Shown here: in pieces, positions 44,701 to 58,078 of the stretch
Layout: the number at the start of each line of letters is the position of its first letter
How positions within the stretch are numbered: the first letter of the stretch is position 1
NCBI GenBank assembly: GCA_030141605.1
Contig: JAQGDQ010000017.1
Coordinates: 930,001 to 994,000 of the forward strand
Reading direction: 5' to 3'
Length of the DNA stretch: 64,000 nt
Source of the DNA: Tubiluchus corallicola
Lineage: Eukaryota > Animalia > Priapulida
The notes under the pieces: model-generated
The model's database searches: none
What the model was told of the DNA's origin: nothing
What the model saw: the letters and a program-made list of their open reading frames with translations, nothing else
Program-made: the position numbers and the translations under genes

Positions 44701-46683
44701 CTAACAGTCTGCATAATTTACAAAAGAATTGCAATGCTAATAATTTATAATGGAAGAGTTAGAATTAATTTTACCTATTTGTGTGTCAGCACTTAAATTG
44801 TGGTTATACCATCGATAGCACAATGAGGATTTCGCAATCAAATTTCCGCTCTCCAATTTTCACAGCTTTTTCTAAAATACGCATAAAACAAAGAAGAAAA
44901 GAAGAAAAACTAAGAAAGAAAAATCAAGATAAGGCAGGGTCGGAAAAGGAAGGCTAAGAAATAAATGACAAGGAATTGGAAGGACAAAATGGAAAAAGAA
45001 AGAAGAGAGAAAGGAAAGAACGGAAAAAAAAGAGAAAATGAAAAAGAAGAAATGAGACAAAAGGCAACATTTAGTGAGAAAGGCAAGAGAGAAAATGACA
45101 AGAGATGAGATGAGAAGAAAAAAGTGGAGAGGAGAGGGCAGGAGAAGAGAAGAGAGGGGAGAGGAGAGAAGTGAAGAGAAGAGTAGAGCAGAGAAGAGAA
45201 GAGGAGAGGAGAAAAGCGAAGAGGAGAGGAGAGGCGAGCATGGAGAAGAAAAGACAAGAGAAGAAAAGAACAGAACAGAAAGATATTAAAGAAGAAAGCG
45301 AGGGAAAGGAAAGGGAAAAGAAATAATTAAGGAAATCCGAAAAGAAAAGGGGGTACGTGGAATGTGGACAAGGAACAGAAATAAAGAACATGAAAATATA
45401 TGCATAAACTTGATAAAATCCTAAACAAATAATTTTTTTCCTACAACTAACCTAAATCGCCGCAATTCAAGAAATATGCAAGTACACGGTTTTTATGCAC
45501 GTGACAACTGACAACAAACTGTGTGAGCGACAGTACTTTCTCTACATTGCAGCAGACGCTAGCAGTGCAGCGTACAGCGTGTTGTCTCAGACATGTGCGT
45601 ATAGGAGCACGCGCACAACAGCCAAACACGTGGCTTGTATTGGGCTGTGAAGCAAACAGTACTACCCTCACATGCTCTGATTCCGTACAAGTATACAGAA
45701 AGAACTAAAGAAAAGACTTATTATAATGAATATTTTCGAAATATTGAGTGAAAATAGGGGGTGCTGTAGTTCCACAGTACGTATACACGAGCTGCCACTG
45801 CAGGTGAAGGTGAGAAAAAGTAGGCCTATGTCATAGAAAAGACGCAAAGAAATTTAGAAATGTAGAGCTGTAAAGGGTGTTTGACGTAACAAGTATGGTT
45901 GTAATACAGAAGGAACAAAACACAAAAGACTCATGTCCTATAACCCGTTGAATAGTTCAGCACAGGCTGACCATTATTTAGGAAATGATTTATTTTAGGT
46001 GACGTACGAAGTTCCTTGTTGATAATTTAGTTGCGTTTTTTTTTCAGTGGAGATTCTTTCCAATTTTCTACGTCTTTTATCGACTTGCCCTGTTCGTCGG
46101 TTTTGGGTCTTACATGGTTTACACTATCATAAAAAAATCCCCATCTGCTACAAATCAGTGGTCCTACCTGTGGCCGCTCTACGATCCGGCAGGGCACAGT
46201 TTCTTGATACTTGTTCAGTATTTTGCCATTGCCTTTCTGGTGTCTGTCAAAGAAATGATCAACATACAGTCCGGAATTCAGCCTGCCACGTGGATGCATA
46301 AACTGCAGTGGGTGTTATTCAATCTTACCACCTGCACTACCTTTTTCGTGGCAACCTACTATTTTTACTACAGTGGTGACACGTTAATATATACGATTAA
46401 TAGCCTGGTCATACTCATGGAAATATTCGTTACAGCCATTCCTTGTAGGATCTCTCATATGTGGCAAGTGTTCTGCTACGTAGTATTGTATGGCGCATGT
46501 GCAGTAGCATATTGGGCGGCCAATGGAATGAAACAGACCGAGATACCAGATTCTGTGATTTATGCTGGAATTTTTGCACTCTCTACGCCGCTGATATACT
46601 CTGGAGTCTTTGGGCTTGTGAAACTTCGCGATCGCGTCGGAGCAAAATGGCACGAAGCAAGTGATCATTGCAAGTGTCACTGA
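41760..46683 (+). CDS. Paralog R3: amphipathic-repeat domain (3 x 59 aa) fused to rolling stone-like membrane domain; exons 41760-42492, 43642-43757, 46048-46683 (494 aa)
   Basis: Donor G|GTATTT at 42493 (phase 1) joins acceptor TTGCAG at 43641 in frame (..FRML V GSKDSDMVGPNRQGCCLKCKC..). The middle exon is 116 bp, exactly as in R2. Last exon WRFFP...DHCKCH. Confidence 0.78.
42664..43017. mobile_element. MITE with about 28-bp TIRs and TA flanks
   Basis: CCCAG(G/A)CAGCACA(A)CAATATTGT(T)ACCA at both ends, inverted; internal duplication of TATTGGAAACACATGGTCTACACATATTGGTAAAAA. Confidence 0.8.
43927..44050 (-). mobile_element. tRNA-derived SINE 5' part
   Basis: A-box TAACTCAATGG and B-box GGTTCAACTC, followed by a non-tRNA body GAGTCATCCCAAAGACTTGAAAAATG that resembles conserved invertebrate SINE core domains. 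Confidence 0.65.
44885..45390. repeat. Purine-rich low-complexity tract (GAAAA/GAGGA-type)
   Basis: Direct reading. Confidence 0.9.
45445..45800 (-). mobile_element. Partial inverted copy of the 7061-7580 hAT MITE
   Basis: Ends ACACGAGCTGCCACTG; shares AAGCAAACAGTACTACCCTCA and GTGACAACTGACAACAAACTGTGTGAGCGACAGTACTTTCTCTAC with the reverse complement of the first copy. Confidence 0.85.
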
Positions 46684-49451
46684 GCTAATAATTTAAATGT
46701 AATAATGTTCAGAATCAATTTTTGTTAAATCAGAATAAAATACAATGATGAAATGTGTTTGCGTGCGTTTTTTTAATTTTTAAACCATACTACATTGGCA
46801 CTATTTTTGCATGTCTATAGGTTTGTACATCAAAATCTAGTACAACCATGCATAGTCTCATGCAAGCACTGGCAGAAGATAAGAACTTAGAGCCACACCA
46901 AAGCTATTATTTGATGATCCATCTATTGTTTACTTTACTTTACTAACGAGTTTTAGCATATTAGTGCCTTCACGAGGAACTGATTTTGAATCCAAATGAA
47001 GATATTAATGTGCTGAAGACACAACTTCATAATATTATGTTACCAGAAAAAGGCTTTGGTTAATTTTAAGTTATGTCTCGCACAGAGCTGGGTACATGGG
47101 TGCAATTTTAAAGTTGTTGTCTTTATATCTTTGGAAGGCATTCGTTTCTTAAATGTTTTAGCTGTTACTACTTCTCGTCCTAAAGCTTACTGTTACCTCA
47201 TGAAACCAAATTAATTTTGACTTTTTAGACATCATGGGGGGATAGTAAGTCTTAGGACGGGAGGTGATATCAGTTAAAACACGGAATTTCAGTAAAAAGT
47301 TAATTTGGCATCGTAATAGTCTCGTCAAAATAGTGTAAAGTTTCAATTTGTGCACAGCCACCCATTAAATCGTCCAGAAAAACATATTTAAATTTTCCTG
47401 AAATCCACTTTGGGGAAAAAGTAATGGGATTACAAATTCAAAATGGCCACCAGCGCAGGTTTAAAGTCAAAATAACTCAACTGAATGGTATTTAAGATTG
47501 CATAAATGTATTACCAGCTGAAAATGCACAGTAGCCAGTAGTGTTTCAATGTCATTCAAGGTCAAGGTCACTCAAAATTAAAGTCAAAATTATTCAGCTA
47601 GAAAACGTTTACGATGACATAAATGTAATATCAGCTGATACAAAGACAAAGTGCATGTTGTTTCAAGGTCGTTCAAGGTTAAGGTCATTCAAAGTGTCTG
47701 CCGATAGAGCATTATTTAAGGAAATATTTAAGATAGCGTAAATGTATTGCTAGCTGATATAAAGTGCATATTGTTTCAATGTAATTCAAAATGGCCGCCG
47801 ACGCTTCCCATGATGTCAATATAGTTCTTATAGGATGTAGTGGACAGGAGAAGGACGCAGTATGATGATCTCTGTTCTCTGGTAAAAGGGTCAGGAGCAG
47901 TGGGTGTCAGTCAATTTTTCGGGTAGGTCGCAATTCATCCTATAGCTTTAAATTAAATTCATTCAATTATTTTCAGAAATATTTGGGTATTATGTGGGTA
48001 GATGTGCACTTGGCTGAGTGGGAAGACTTAAAGTCCAAAAAAAGAAAACGGCCCAGAAGACAGACTTAAAGACAAACGCCCGAGAAGGAAGCTAAAATAT
48101 GCAAAGTCAGGCTGCCTCATTTTTGGCAACGTTCAGGCTTTTAGAGGCAGAAGGCTAGGCACACAAAACTCACGGGAACACTCCCCGGGTAAAGTTCACA
48201 CGTGACCCGAGAATGCCGAGTCAAAGATGACAGAGTTTGTAGGTCTTCACTTTGTTTTCTTTAGAGCCTATCTCCTCCTACAGTTTTTGAGCTAGGGGCC
48301 TAGGTCCACAATTTTTGGTATGTGGCTGGGTTGAGATCTAGTCCACGGTTGAATGTCAATCAATTGGATAGATGAAATTTTTTCTACTGTGAGGGAAAAA
48401 TCTGATGATGGAATCATAGGCATGCTTCCAGTGTTGAAGAACGACATAGCTTGTAGCACACCTAAATGAAAGGCCCCAATGAGACAAATGAATAATACAG
48501 GTTGACAGAGGATTGGTTGACCTTTGACCAACGGGTCACGCCTCAAAAAGTTACAAGTTGTCATTTTATTGCGAATTGCAATTCCTAGGTAATCAAGTCC
48601 TGTGTAATCAACAAAGCCAAATTATGGTCTTGTGATGAAAGACTGACTTTATTTCAAGCTCAAATTCTGTAATCATTGCTAACAAAATCTTCAGTTTCCG
48701 AAACATGCTAGAAACACTGTCAACTAATTTTATTGTCACCACATAGTAAGTAAGTAGGAAAGTACCATCTTTGTTGAGAATCGTAACAAAATATTAAGAT
48801 GCTCAATCAGTGATAGTTAAAAACCTACGTTGTTGGAGCAAATACGTCAGTCAAAAACTAAACTAAAGGTGCAAAAATAAAATATAAATTTAAACTTAAA
48901 CTTTACATACTGTTTTTTTGCATATTTACAAACTGACTATCAGCAAAATTAAGTCGTTTAATATGGCCTGGGGTAAATGAAATCTGCAGAAGTTGCCAAA
49001 TTAGTACGCTGCGTATTCAAATCCTGGTATCATTAATGCTTTTGTTTTTGTTTTAAATGTGCCTAATGATTTAATACGTTGATTTCGAGTGGCAGTGAAT
49101 TTCAGAGCTGGACGTGGGATTTTGTTATTGAATTATTTTCAAAGTGATTGTTTGTTCTGCTTTGTTTCAAATTAAATGTTCTGGATTTAATTCAGGATTT
49201 TTGAGTACCACTAATTTGCTATTTTTGAATGGAATACTTAACATTGTTTATATATTTGAAAATGTTGATACAGTCTAGAAACACAGAAGAACACTGAATA
49301 CATGTGCATTGCATCATCATTCAAAATGTGGCTTTTTTTATTGTCATTGTGTGATCCACTATCGTAGTAAGTGGTTCAGTGCAGCACACTATAATTAACG
49401 TCTAGCAAAACGTCAATCAAACTCAGTCAAGCTAAATGTTCTGGTATTTAA

Positions 49452-49909
49452 CCCTTTCAGTCCCAAATTATTTTCTAATAAGAAAAAAATTTTGGCTTGG
49501 TACTTTTGTTTAGTATGTCCATCTTGTTTACACATAATAATTATTTTTTTCTACCTATGCCCGCGTGCTAAATATAGCCTGTATGCCATGGGATACATTG
49601 GGATTCAATGGAAGCATAAAATGTGCTTCATTTTGCAACTGTTGATAATTTTTTGAAGTATTTAAGACATTTAGTATGCATGCTATGCTGATCTCTACAA
49701 AGTCGTCTCTAAAGTACTGTTACCTTGCACAGTTTTCTATGCTATGTAGATTTTCTAGTTTGCCATTTTATCACTATTTTTAGTCTATTGTTATTGGCTT
49801 AAATCAAATAACTATTAACAGATCAAATAACTCTCAGTTTTAAAATTTTATTAATTTTAAAGGCAGAGAATATTCTCGTATCCCACGGGATACAACAGGT
49901 ATGAAAGGG
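49452..49909. mobile_element. piggyBac-type MITE (458 bp)
   Basis: TTAA|CCCTTTCA ... TGAAAGGG|TTAA; a paralogous empty site is present at about 49187. Confidence 0.9.
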
Positions 49910-51807
49910 TTAATTCACGATTTTTGAGTAGCACTAATTTGTTACTTTTGAATGGAGTACTTATATTGCTACAATACAGTAAGTGCTTCAATGCGCCACA
50001 TGATAATTAACGTCAAGCAAAACGTCAATCAAACGCAGTCAAGCTCTGCTGACTGCCCAATCGGTGTGTATGTTGTTTCACACGCCTACAGAAACTATAC
50101 TCTTTTATGGACAACCGAGGACATAAGCTGCAACTATGTATTAACCGACATATGTTATGCTGTTATGAAAAGCGCTCAACTCTCAACTTTTTATTAGTTG
50201 CGGGAGAGAAACCGGCGCAGTTTTGAATTTTATTACAGAATTTCGATTAAGATTGCAAGTGAATTAGTGGAGCTATATAGTCTAATTTCGTAAGCAAGTA
50301 GTAGTTTATTTTAATTAATAAAACGCGAGTCATATGACTCCTTGCCATGCATAAAACAAAACAAATAAAGTGCACAGAAAGTACAGTAAATTAAGGAATC
50401 ATTTTTATAGGAAGAAATGCGCAAGGCCAAGGCTTACGTGTTTAGATGGCACAATTACTGTTCTAAAAATACTGATTTAAACTACACTGGAATGACATGC
50501 TACCCTTCTTAATTGAAGGTCCAGTTCTGCAGTGTACATTAACTATCAAATGAGACTTGTTTTCTGTCACTTTATTACAACATCATCGCAGAGTAGTTCA
50601 GCTAGTTGCGTAAAATCTTATATTCAAAGTTGAAGAACACAATTTGCGTAGATCATAGAGAAAGGTAAACACATGTATCAAGCAAAGTGATAGAGAATAG
50701 GCCTATTATTTAATTTCGAAAATTAGAAATCATTGTTGTTTTGATGTGATTGTATAGTACAACAATTACCGAATTCTTGTGGAGTTCCAGAACTTTTAAC
50801 GAACGAAAAAGGTATCATAGTTCCTCTCTTATATAATAGGTCTAATATAACAACATAATCTTCATAGATGCAAGCCCCTAAGGCCAGGAAGCAACAGCGC
50901 TGTTATTGATAACATTTCTATGAGGTTATAAAGAAAAGGCGGCAAGTTGATAGGTAATGCAAGATTTCAACCACCCTTTCACTACACGAAGGCTTCAAGC
51001 ACACCAATCTACGGTAATTTTTTTTTTTTTAATTGTATTCATAGGGCATCAAATGCACTAAATGTTAGAAATTTAATTTTAATCAGTACGGTTTCATTTA
51101 AATGAGGGCTTTTTACTATCCGACTGTGCCACATTAATACAATTGTTGCGGTGGCAATCTTCGTTTAAAATTATTAAAGTCATTTGGTCAATTTTTCTCA
51201 AATCGAGTTGCACCGATTTGGAACTCATTGCCTGCATATGTTGATGGTGCAGCCCTCGTAACTGTACAAAATATGAAGTTATTTAAAGAAAGCTTAAATG
51301 AAGTTAATTTGCATAAATTTCTTGTACACAATAGACACATGTAAGCAGTTAATCTCTTTGTGTCTTTACTACACTCTTGTTGTAAATATTGGATTTGTAT
51401 GTTTTTTGTCAACGTGTTTTATAAAATTTGTGACTGTATTTCACTACTGGGTGTGAATAAAGCAAAATAAAATAAATTATTGGTGTACTTATTACAATAG
51501 TAGATCACCCAATAGCAATAAGAAGCCATGTACAGATTTGGAGAAAGCAGGTAATGCGGGCAATTATAAGCGATGTTTGTATAATTTACGTACTAGGTAA
51601 ACCATATCTAGTACATGAATTATTTGTCTTAATTAGCTTTAAAACAACAACATTATACGAGGTATTACATTTCGGAGATTATACCTCAATTGAACAATTA
51701 GAACTGCTTCAATGGAACAAGATTTAAAACACGCTTAATTAAACTAGGCCGTAGTTGTGTACCGTAATCTGATTTTCTACAAGATTAAACAATATTTTAC
51801 AGCTGAT

Positions 51808-53998
51808 ATGGGAGAAACTGTAAGATCCGGGAGCTTTCAAGAAGTCTGTACTGCCAGGTGTAAAGTGTGCCGAACTTCTGATCTGTGGATGAATTATCCA
51901 GATCGTTCACTATTTGGACGCAGTTCGGTAACCATGCAAATAGTTTTTCTTTTTAGCACAAGCGATTCTTTAGACATACTTATTGAGAATACTACAAAAC
52001 AAAATACAAACAAGTATAAGCATTAAGGCTAGCAGTTATTCACAACCCACTGTGAAAAAAACAATTACATACTAAAAAGAATCTACATAGTCCCATATCA
52101 AACTAAAATTATCCTAACAATCTAACAATAAGCAGTTGTTTGCTAATCTTGAGGGGCCAATATGTTCATTAAATCAAAGCTTTTTCTAAAGGTGCACCGC
52201 TTTCAAATTATAATCAATAAAATGATTGCTTCTCTCTGTCTGTTGTGTATGTGTGTGGTCACTAACAGATAACAAACAAACCAGTGACAACCAAAATTAG
52301 GCCTGCGTTTTTAGAAAATAATTAAATTTGCAGTTAATGGAAAACCGGACGATTGTTTATGCTCAATCTCATTTTAATTTACTGTTCAAAATGTACATTT
52401 TTTTGCATATAAAAGTTAGTAATTGCTCTTATATTTGAATAATTAGCTTAGAAAGTTAATTAACGGCAACCGAACACAAAAATACGTTAGAAACTAACCA
52501 CAGTTTCTGCAACGACAGGCATCTTCCCTTTGCGTAAGTGTTACTGTGCTGATTTAAACTTGTGTTGCCCCCTCTTTTCTGTTATAAACTGGTTTCCTTT
52601 TAAACAGATCATGTGACCAGTCTTTTACCTGTACACTTACCTGTAGATTGGAGTAACTCAGGCATTCACACACTGCAGTGACAGATTGTTTAGCGTCATT
52701 CATTGATTCGTTGTTATAATTTCATAATTACACTTATAGAAGATCACCATGTAAGTTTATTTTAATTTCTTAAATCTTGAACCTTTGTTTATTAAAAAGA
52801 CTAGAGATTAGATTTCATAATTTGCATAAAAGTTTGTTAAAGTTAATTAGGTCAATTTGGTTTAGATTTCGCCGTAAAATTGAGCAAAATTATATAAAAT
52901 TATCTTATTTGTTTTCAGATTAAACGATACAAGCTACACAATTATGTTGTTGGAGATTTTTTTATAAGAAGGTAGCACAGTTACTGCTTAAACGCCTAAT
53001 GTCACGAAAATAGGCTCTACGTCATGTGACGTCAAAAACCAACACTGCAGTTCATGATCAAGGTTATCACGGTATAGCTTTCTATTTGTCGGGCATGCGA
53101 ATGTGACAAAAAGGCGCCATTGCCAATCTTAGTAGATTCACTGAGCCGCGGGTAACATTGAAAGTTTAATCTAAAAAAGCTGTTGTAGTTTTCAATATTT
53201 TAGAGCATTCTTTATTCTGAACTAATGTTTACACGTCGTCCGATTTTCCTTAAAAGTTTTATAAGCCATTTCTGTGATAAGTTAGTGAAGGTACTGTTAT
53301 TGTTTCAGTGGCAAGTTTCACCAAAAATCTACTTCATCTATCGCCTTGCCTTGCTTGCTGGCTTGGGTACTTGGATGATCTACACTACCATAGGACATTA
53401 CTCAAGTAATGACTATGCATGGCCTGAAATATGGCCTATTTACGACCCAGCCTGTCACAGTTTATTGATACTAGTTTGTTACATGGGATTTGCCTTGCTA
53501 ACTTCTACACAAGAATGGCGCACCATGCAATCTGGTGAAAGTGAAATTGCACAGAGACCTGCAGTGTGGCAGCACAAATCGCAATGGCTGCTCTACACCC
53601 TTACCCAAAGCACTACGTTTTTCGCCACAACTTTCTACGCTTTGAAGTACACTGTAGGCCCTAGCCAAGAAGTAAACACTTCGGTTATTATTAGACAGGC
53701 TGTTACAAGTGCCATCGTTTTCTGTGACATTTTTGTCACAGCTATACCATGCAAGGTACTTCATCTTTGGCAACCATACACCTACGTCGCCTTTTACGGC
53801 ATTCTTATGTTCGGATACTGGGCCAGTGGAGGGGAGAAGTATCTGCTTGACTGTGCAAGCTACATCGCCATGTTCACGCTAACGGCTCCACTGATCTTCT
53901 TGATCGTGTTTGCACTTACCAAGATGCGTGATTGGCTGTTAAAACAGGTTAGAAAGAGGACGCCACTTGCGCTGGAAGATAACAATGAAAATTCGTGA
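51808..53998 (+). CDS. Rolling stone-like paralog R4 (most divergent); exons 51808-51927 and 53309-53998 (269 aa)
   Basis: MNYPDRSLFGRSS|WQVSPKIYFIYR, WPIYDPACH, HKSQWLLY, DIFVTAIPCKVLHLWQPY, YWASGGEKY. Confidence 0.85.
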
Positions 53999-55156
53999 CA
54001 CTACAGCTGAGAATGCAGACACTCCACATGCATATACAGGCACATGTCTTTCTACATAAATAAATATTAAGTGTTTTAGCGTGTATAAATTTCTAAAGAG
54101 GTGGAACATAAGAAAGTGTGCATTAACTCTGGGCCAACCTTTTGTCTAATTTTGTCCAATACGTGTTGCTAACTAAGTAAAATTTTGAATTTCTGTATCT
54201 TGTCAATAAGATCAAAAATACATTTTTGGCTAGTGAGTGCCACACCCTGGAAGGTAAGTAAGCAACATTTTACCAATTGGCACAAACATTTAAAATATTA
54301 TTTCTAATTACATAAGTCTTTCCAGCAGGTAAGCGAAATGCTAAATAATATAGATTTGCACGGAAAGTTTTTTAGGACATAATTTAACATTGCCTTTTCT
54401 TCCCCTAATTTACACTTGCGTAGTGACATCATGTTATGGCGACTTCGGAACAGTATTGCGGGAGATTTAAAATAAAAACAAACAAAAAATTTTTTTCAAT
54501 GCGAAAACAACGCATTGCTGTAAAATTGTTGTAAGTTAGTATAATTTTTAAGGCGAATTTTCTGAAACCTACTTCAGGTACCACTTTTCTTGTCCTTTAA
54601 GGTCCCTTAAGTATGTGGTTTTGATGGGATAGGCTCTACATTAACAAAGATAATCTTTCAAAATGAGACACTATCAGAGGTGAATTGACCATTTTTTGGT
54701 ATTTAAAACTACTTCACTATTTAATCATTAGCATTTAAAATTTTGCAATACGCAATGTTACTTAAAAAGTTAGAATAGTTTAAATGATAAAGAGTTAAAA
54801 ATTAAAAAAAATAAACGTGTTTAACGACGTTTAATTATTTTCAAAAACTAACTATTTAGCAATATGTTGCTTAAATCATTCTTAACAGCTAGCAAAGTGC
54901 CTTTTTGACCAACGTTACATCTATAATAGCATTATTTAATATTATATAATTATACTCCCTTAACAGTCTCTACTGGTTATGGTTTAGTAGAAATTGACCA
55001 ATGGTAATTCACGGTATGATTTCTTGCCAAATGCATAATAGATTCTATTTCCTGCCATTATTAAAAGATCTTACGGATGTCAAACTAAATCACAGAAGTC
55101 TCTTAAAGAGTTGAGTTTTATAGGCAACAGCAATAGTTGCCATGGCGCTTGAATAA

Positions 55157-55180
55157 AATGACGTCATTGTTTGTGGCTTC
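55157..55180 (+). promoter_or_regulatory. CRE + GTGGCTTC module upstream of R5
   Basis: aaTGACGTCAttgtttGTGGCTTC. Confidence 0.6.
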
Positions 55181-55507
55181 CTTAATCCACATGCAGTTTT
55201 TCTGCTCATCGATCGTTCAGGAAAGGGGCAACTAAGCGCCCTTTCCACCAAAAATGCACCTTTTCTTCGGCTGTATTTATATCTAACTAACACGGTTGAA
55301 CAGCCAGTGGCAAGTAGGTAATGAACAATGGCTAGCTGTTCGGGTGCCGTCAAAACTGAAAACATTGAGATTTTTTAATAAATGAATGAAGTTCTGGCAG
55401 TTGAAGAGGACAATTCTTTAATAATCTTCGTCTTCTATATGCTCCTTTTGAGGACAAAAACGTAAATAAATGTTGAGCAGGAAAAGACCGTTGCAGCCGG
55501 CTCGGCC

Positions 55508-58078
55508 ATGGATGGTTACGCCAGAAAAAGGTTCAGACGTCAGCGTCAAGGATGTTGTAACAAGTGCATATGTAGTGATTATGACCTTAATTACCCGAGC
55601 CAAATAGCGTTTGGACAATGTGCGGTAAGAAAAGTTCTTCCGGTCCATTAAATTAAGATATTTACCTTTAACATCCATTTTTTCTATCATATGCTAAGCA
55701 AATATGATAGATTAGTGAACGATTTGTTCATTACAATACAAATGTTTCGGAACCCGCTACAGGTGTCCTTACTAAGCAGTTGGGGCGACGACGGCACCTG
55801 TAACGGTTCCTCGTCATTATGCATCAGATGGCTGGGATGGGCACAAGTTATTTCTGTCCACATTAGAACTCACCATTAATACCTAGCAGTCCTAATTATC
55901 ATTGGCGTACGGGTCGGGGGGGGGGGGGGTCAGGAGGGCAGACTGTTCGCCAAAATTTTCGGGTTTCAAAAAATTTGGGCAAAATTGACGCCCAAATTCG
56001 GGCAGAACTGCCCTTTATATTTTCAGACAATAGTTTTTTGAACTTTGAAATTGATATTTTTTCAGATTTTAATCGTCATCGCCTTATTTTTCCCTGGAAT
56101 TCAAATATGACCCAAATCTTGGGAGAGTAATATTTTTGCCATGCACGTGAATGCCCGAATCTTGCTCTCACAGGAGGCGTCGTCCGCGCCGACTCCCGGT
56201 CCCGGCCCGGCAGTGAGAGTGGTCTGGAAACAATTAGCATTCGCAAAATTGAAAATACACTAGTCGCTGGCTTCTCTGCAGGTCTCCAATTGTTTATAAA
56301 ACTCTTATCGCTTCCTGTCTTCGGTGTGCGCGCATTGATGAAAGATTTTAGGAAAAAACAAAACAAACGTGATACATTCTTTTTCTGAGCTAATTTGACC
56401 GACGTGAGAAAGTGACAAGTGTCTGTGCATAGTGATAGCTGAATTCTTAATTCTTGCATCTTGCGAGGTGATTGCTGATTTGACAGTAAACTGTTCTGTT
56501 CTGGAAGGTATCGCCGCACTTCTGGTTCTTAGGACACTGTTTATACGATAATCAATGACAATCTTTGAAACCTAATGATCCCTGCTTGTGCATAATCAAA
56601 CAAGCACAGCTTATCAAGATATCTGGCCATATAGGTCACATCATGTGCTGTCTGCATCACATTTCAATATGGCTAATAAATAACGTTGATCAGCTTCATG
56701 AGTTCAGTCTTATGTCATCAGAAATGACGCATTTTTGTAGTCACTATCTGGAACTTAGTAAGGTTGTACTTGTTGAAACGGGGGCCTAAAAATCGGATGA
56801 AATTCTAAGAATTCGGGTAAAGAATCCTCTGCCCCCCCAGAAAAAAATTCAGGAACCACGTACGCCTATGCTAATTATGCAAGCTCAACGTTGAATAAGA
56901 GCTGTGGCTTCATTGATCGTTTCCACTGAGTACCGTTTAATTATTGTAAGACACGCCCAACATAAACTTGGACCAATCAGAAAAGGCCGCGTTCTAATGT
57001 GTATTTGCCAGACGCATTGAATAAGTTTAAGTAAGGCAAGTCACATTACAGAAGTCAACTGAAAAAACATTGTACAAAATGGTGTAACAGATGTTTCATA
57101 CACGTACGTATAAATAACAATTATATATGTATTATAACATATATAACAAGTATATATATATATATACATAATTATATGCTTACATCTTACATGTTTACAT
57201 CAGTCCTGAGGCCACGACGCTGAGTAATGATATTATCAATGAAAGCAAGCAATATCAGATGAGAATTCTCCAAGAACTTTCAGTTTAGGTATTAAGGCCT
57301 ACTTTTTAGACTTGGAATGGATTATTAAGTTCATTATTATTACGAATAGATTATTATTATTATTATTATTATGGATTATTAGTTATTTTTCACTGTGTAT
57401 TGAATAATCTACAATTTCAAAAGTAAAAAATAACTGTTTTCTTTTCAGTGGCCATTGTATCCATTTATGTATGTGTTCTTTCGTCTTATCCGGTTTTCTA
57501 TCTTTCTGGGGTGGATCATCACCAGTTTTTCCAGAAAACTCTCGGATCCTGATTATGGCTGGCCAGATCTGTGGCCCATCTACGACCCGGCCAGCCACCT
57601 TGCGTATTTCTTAGTCACTTACATGGCCATGGCACTAATAACCTCTATAATAGAATGGTGTAACACGAATACCAAAGACGGGCCTTGCAAGTGGTACCAC
57701 AAGTTGCAATGGTTTTTGTTTAACGTCACCGCGTGCGTTTCATTCTGCATACCCGAGTATTACTATGGTCTGGGCAGTGTTGGTACTATAGGTATCATGG
57801 TAGAACTGTTCACAACGGGAGTACCTGTCAGATTTTTCCACGTGTGGCATTCTTACGTGTACATCGGGCTGTACATTGCTTCAGTGGTGCCCTACTGGGC
57901 ACTTGGTGGGAAAAAGTACCTAGAGGTCGCATTTCGCCACATCGCATGGTTTGTCCTTTTTGCTCCGGTCCTGATTTTCTTTGTTGTGCGGAAAGCTGTA
58001 GACAAACGCGACGACGCTATTGAAGAGATTTTTGGAACGACGTACGAGCATTGCCAATGTCATGTCACAGAGAGTTAG
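55508..58078 (+). CDS. Rolling stone-like paralog R5; exons 55508-55624 and 57449-58078 (248 aa)
   Basis: GCCATGG start, RQGCCNKCICSDYDLNYPSQIAFG, donor GTAAGA, acceptor TTTCAG, then WPLYP...WPIYDPASH...KLQWFLFNVT...EHCQCH. Confidence 0.87.
55900..56870. mobile_element. hAT-type MITE (971 bp) in the R5 intron
   Basis: TIR CAT(T/A)GGCGTACG; perfect 8-bp TSD CTAATTAT. Confidence 0.88.

Noticed and set aside
47430-47810. Repeated TCAAGGTCA / AAAATGGCCGCC motifs as regulatory sites
   Set aside because: They recur as locally duplicated blocks typical of a repeat-element interior and have no demonstrable link to a gene
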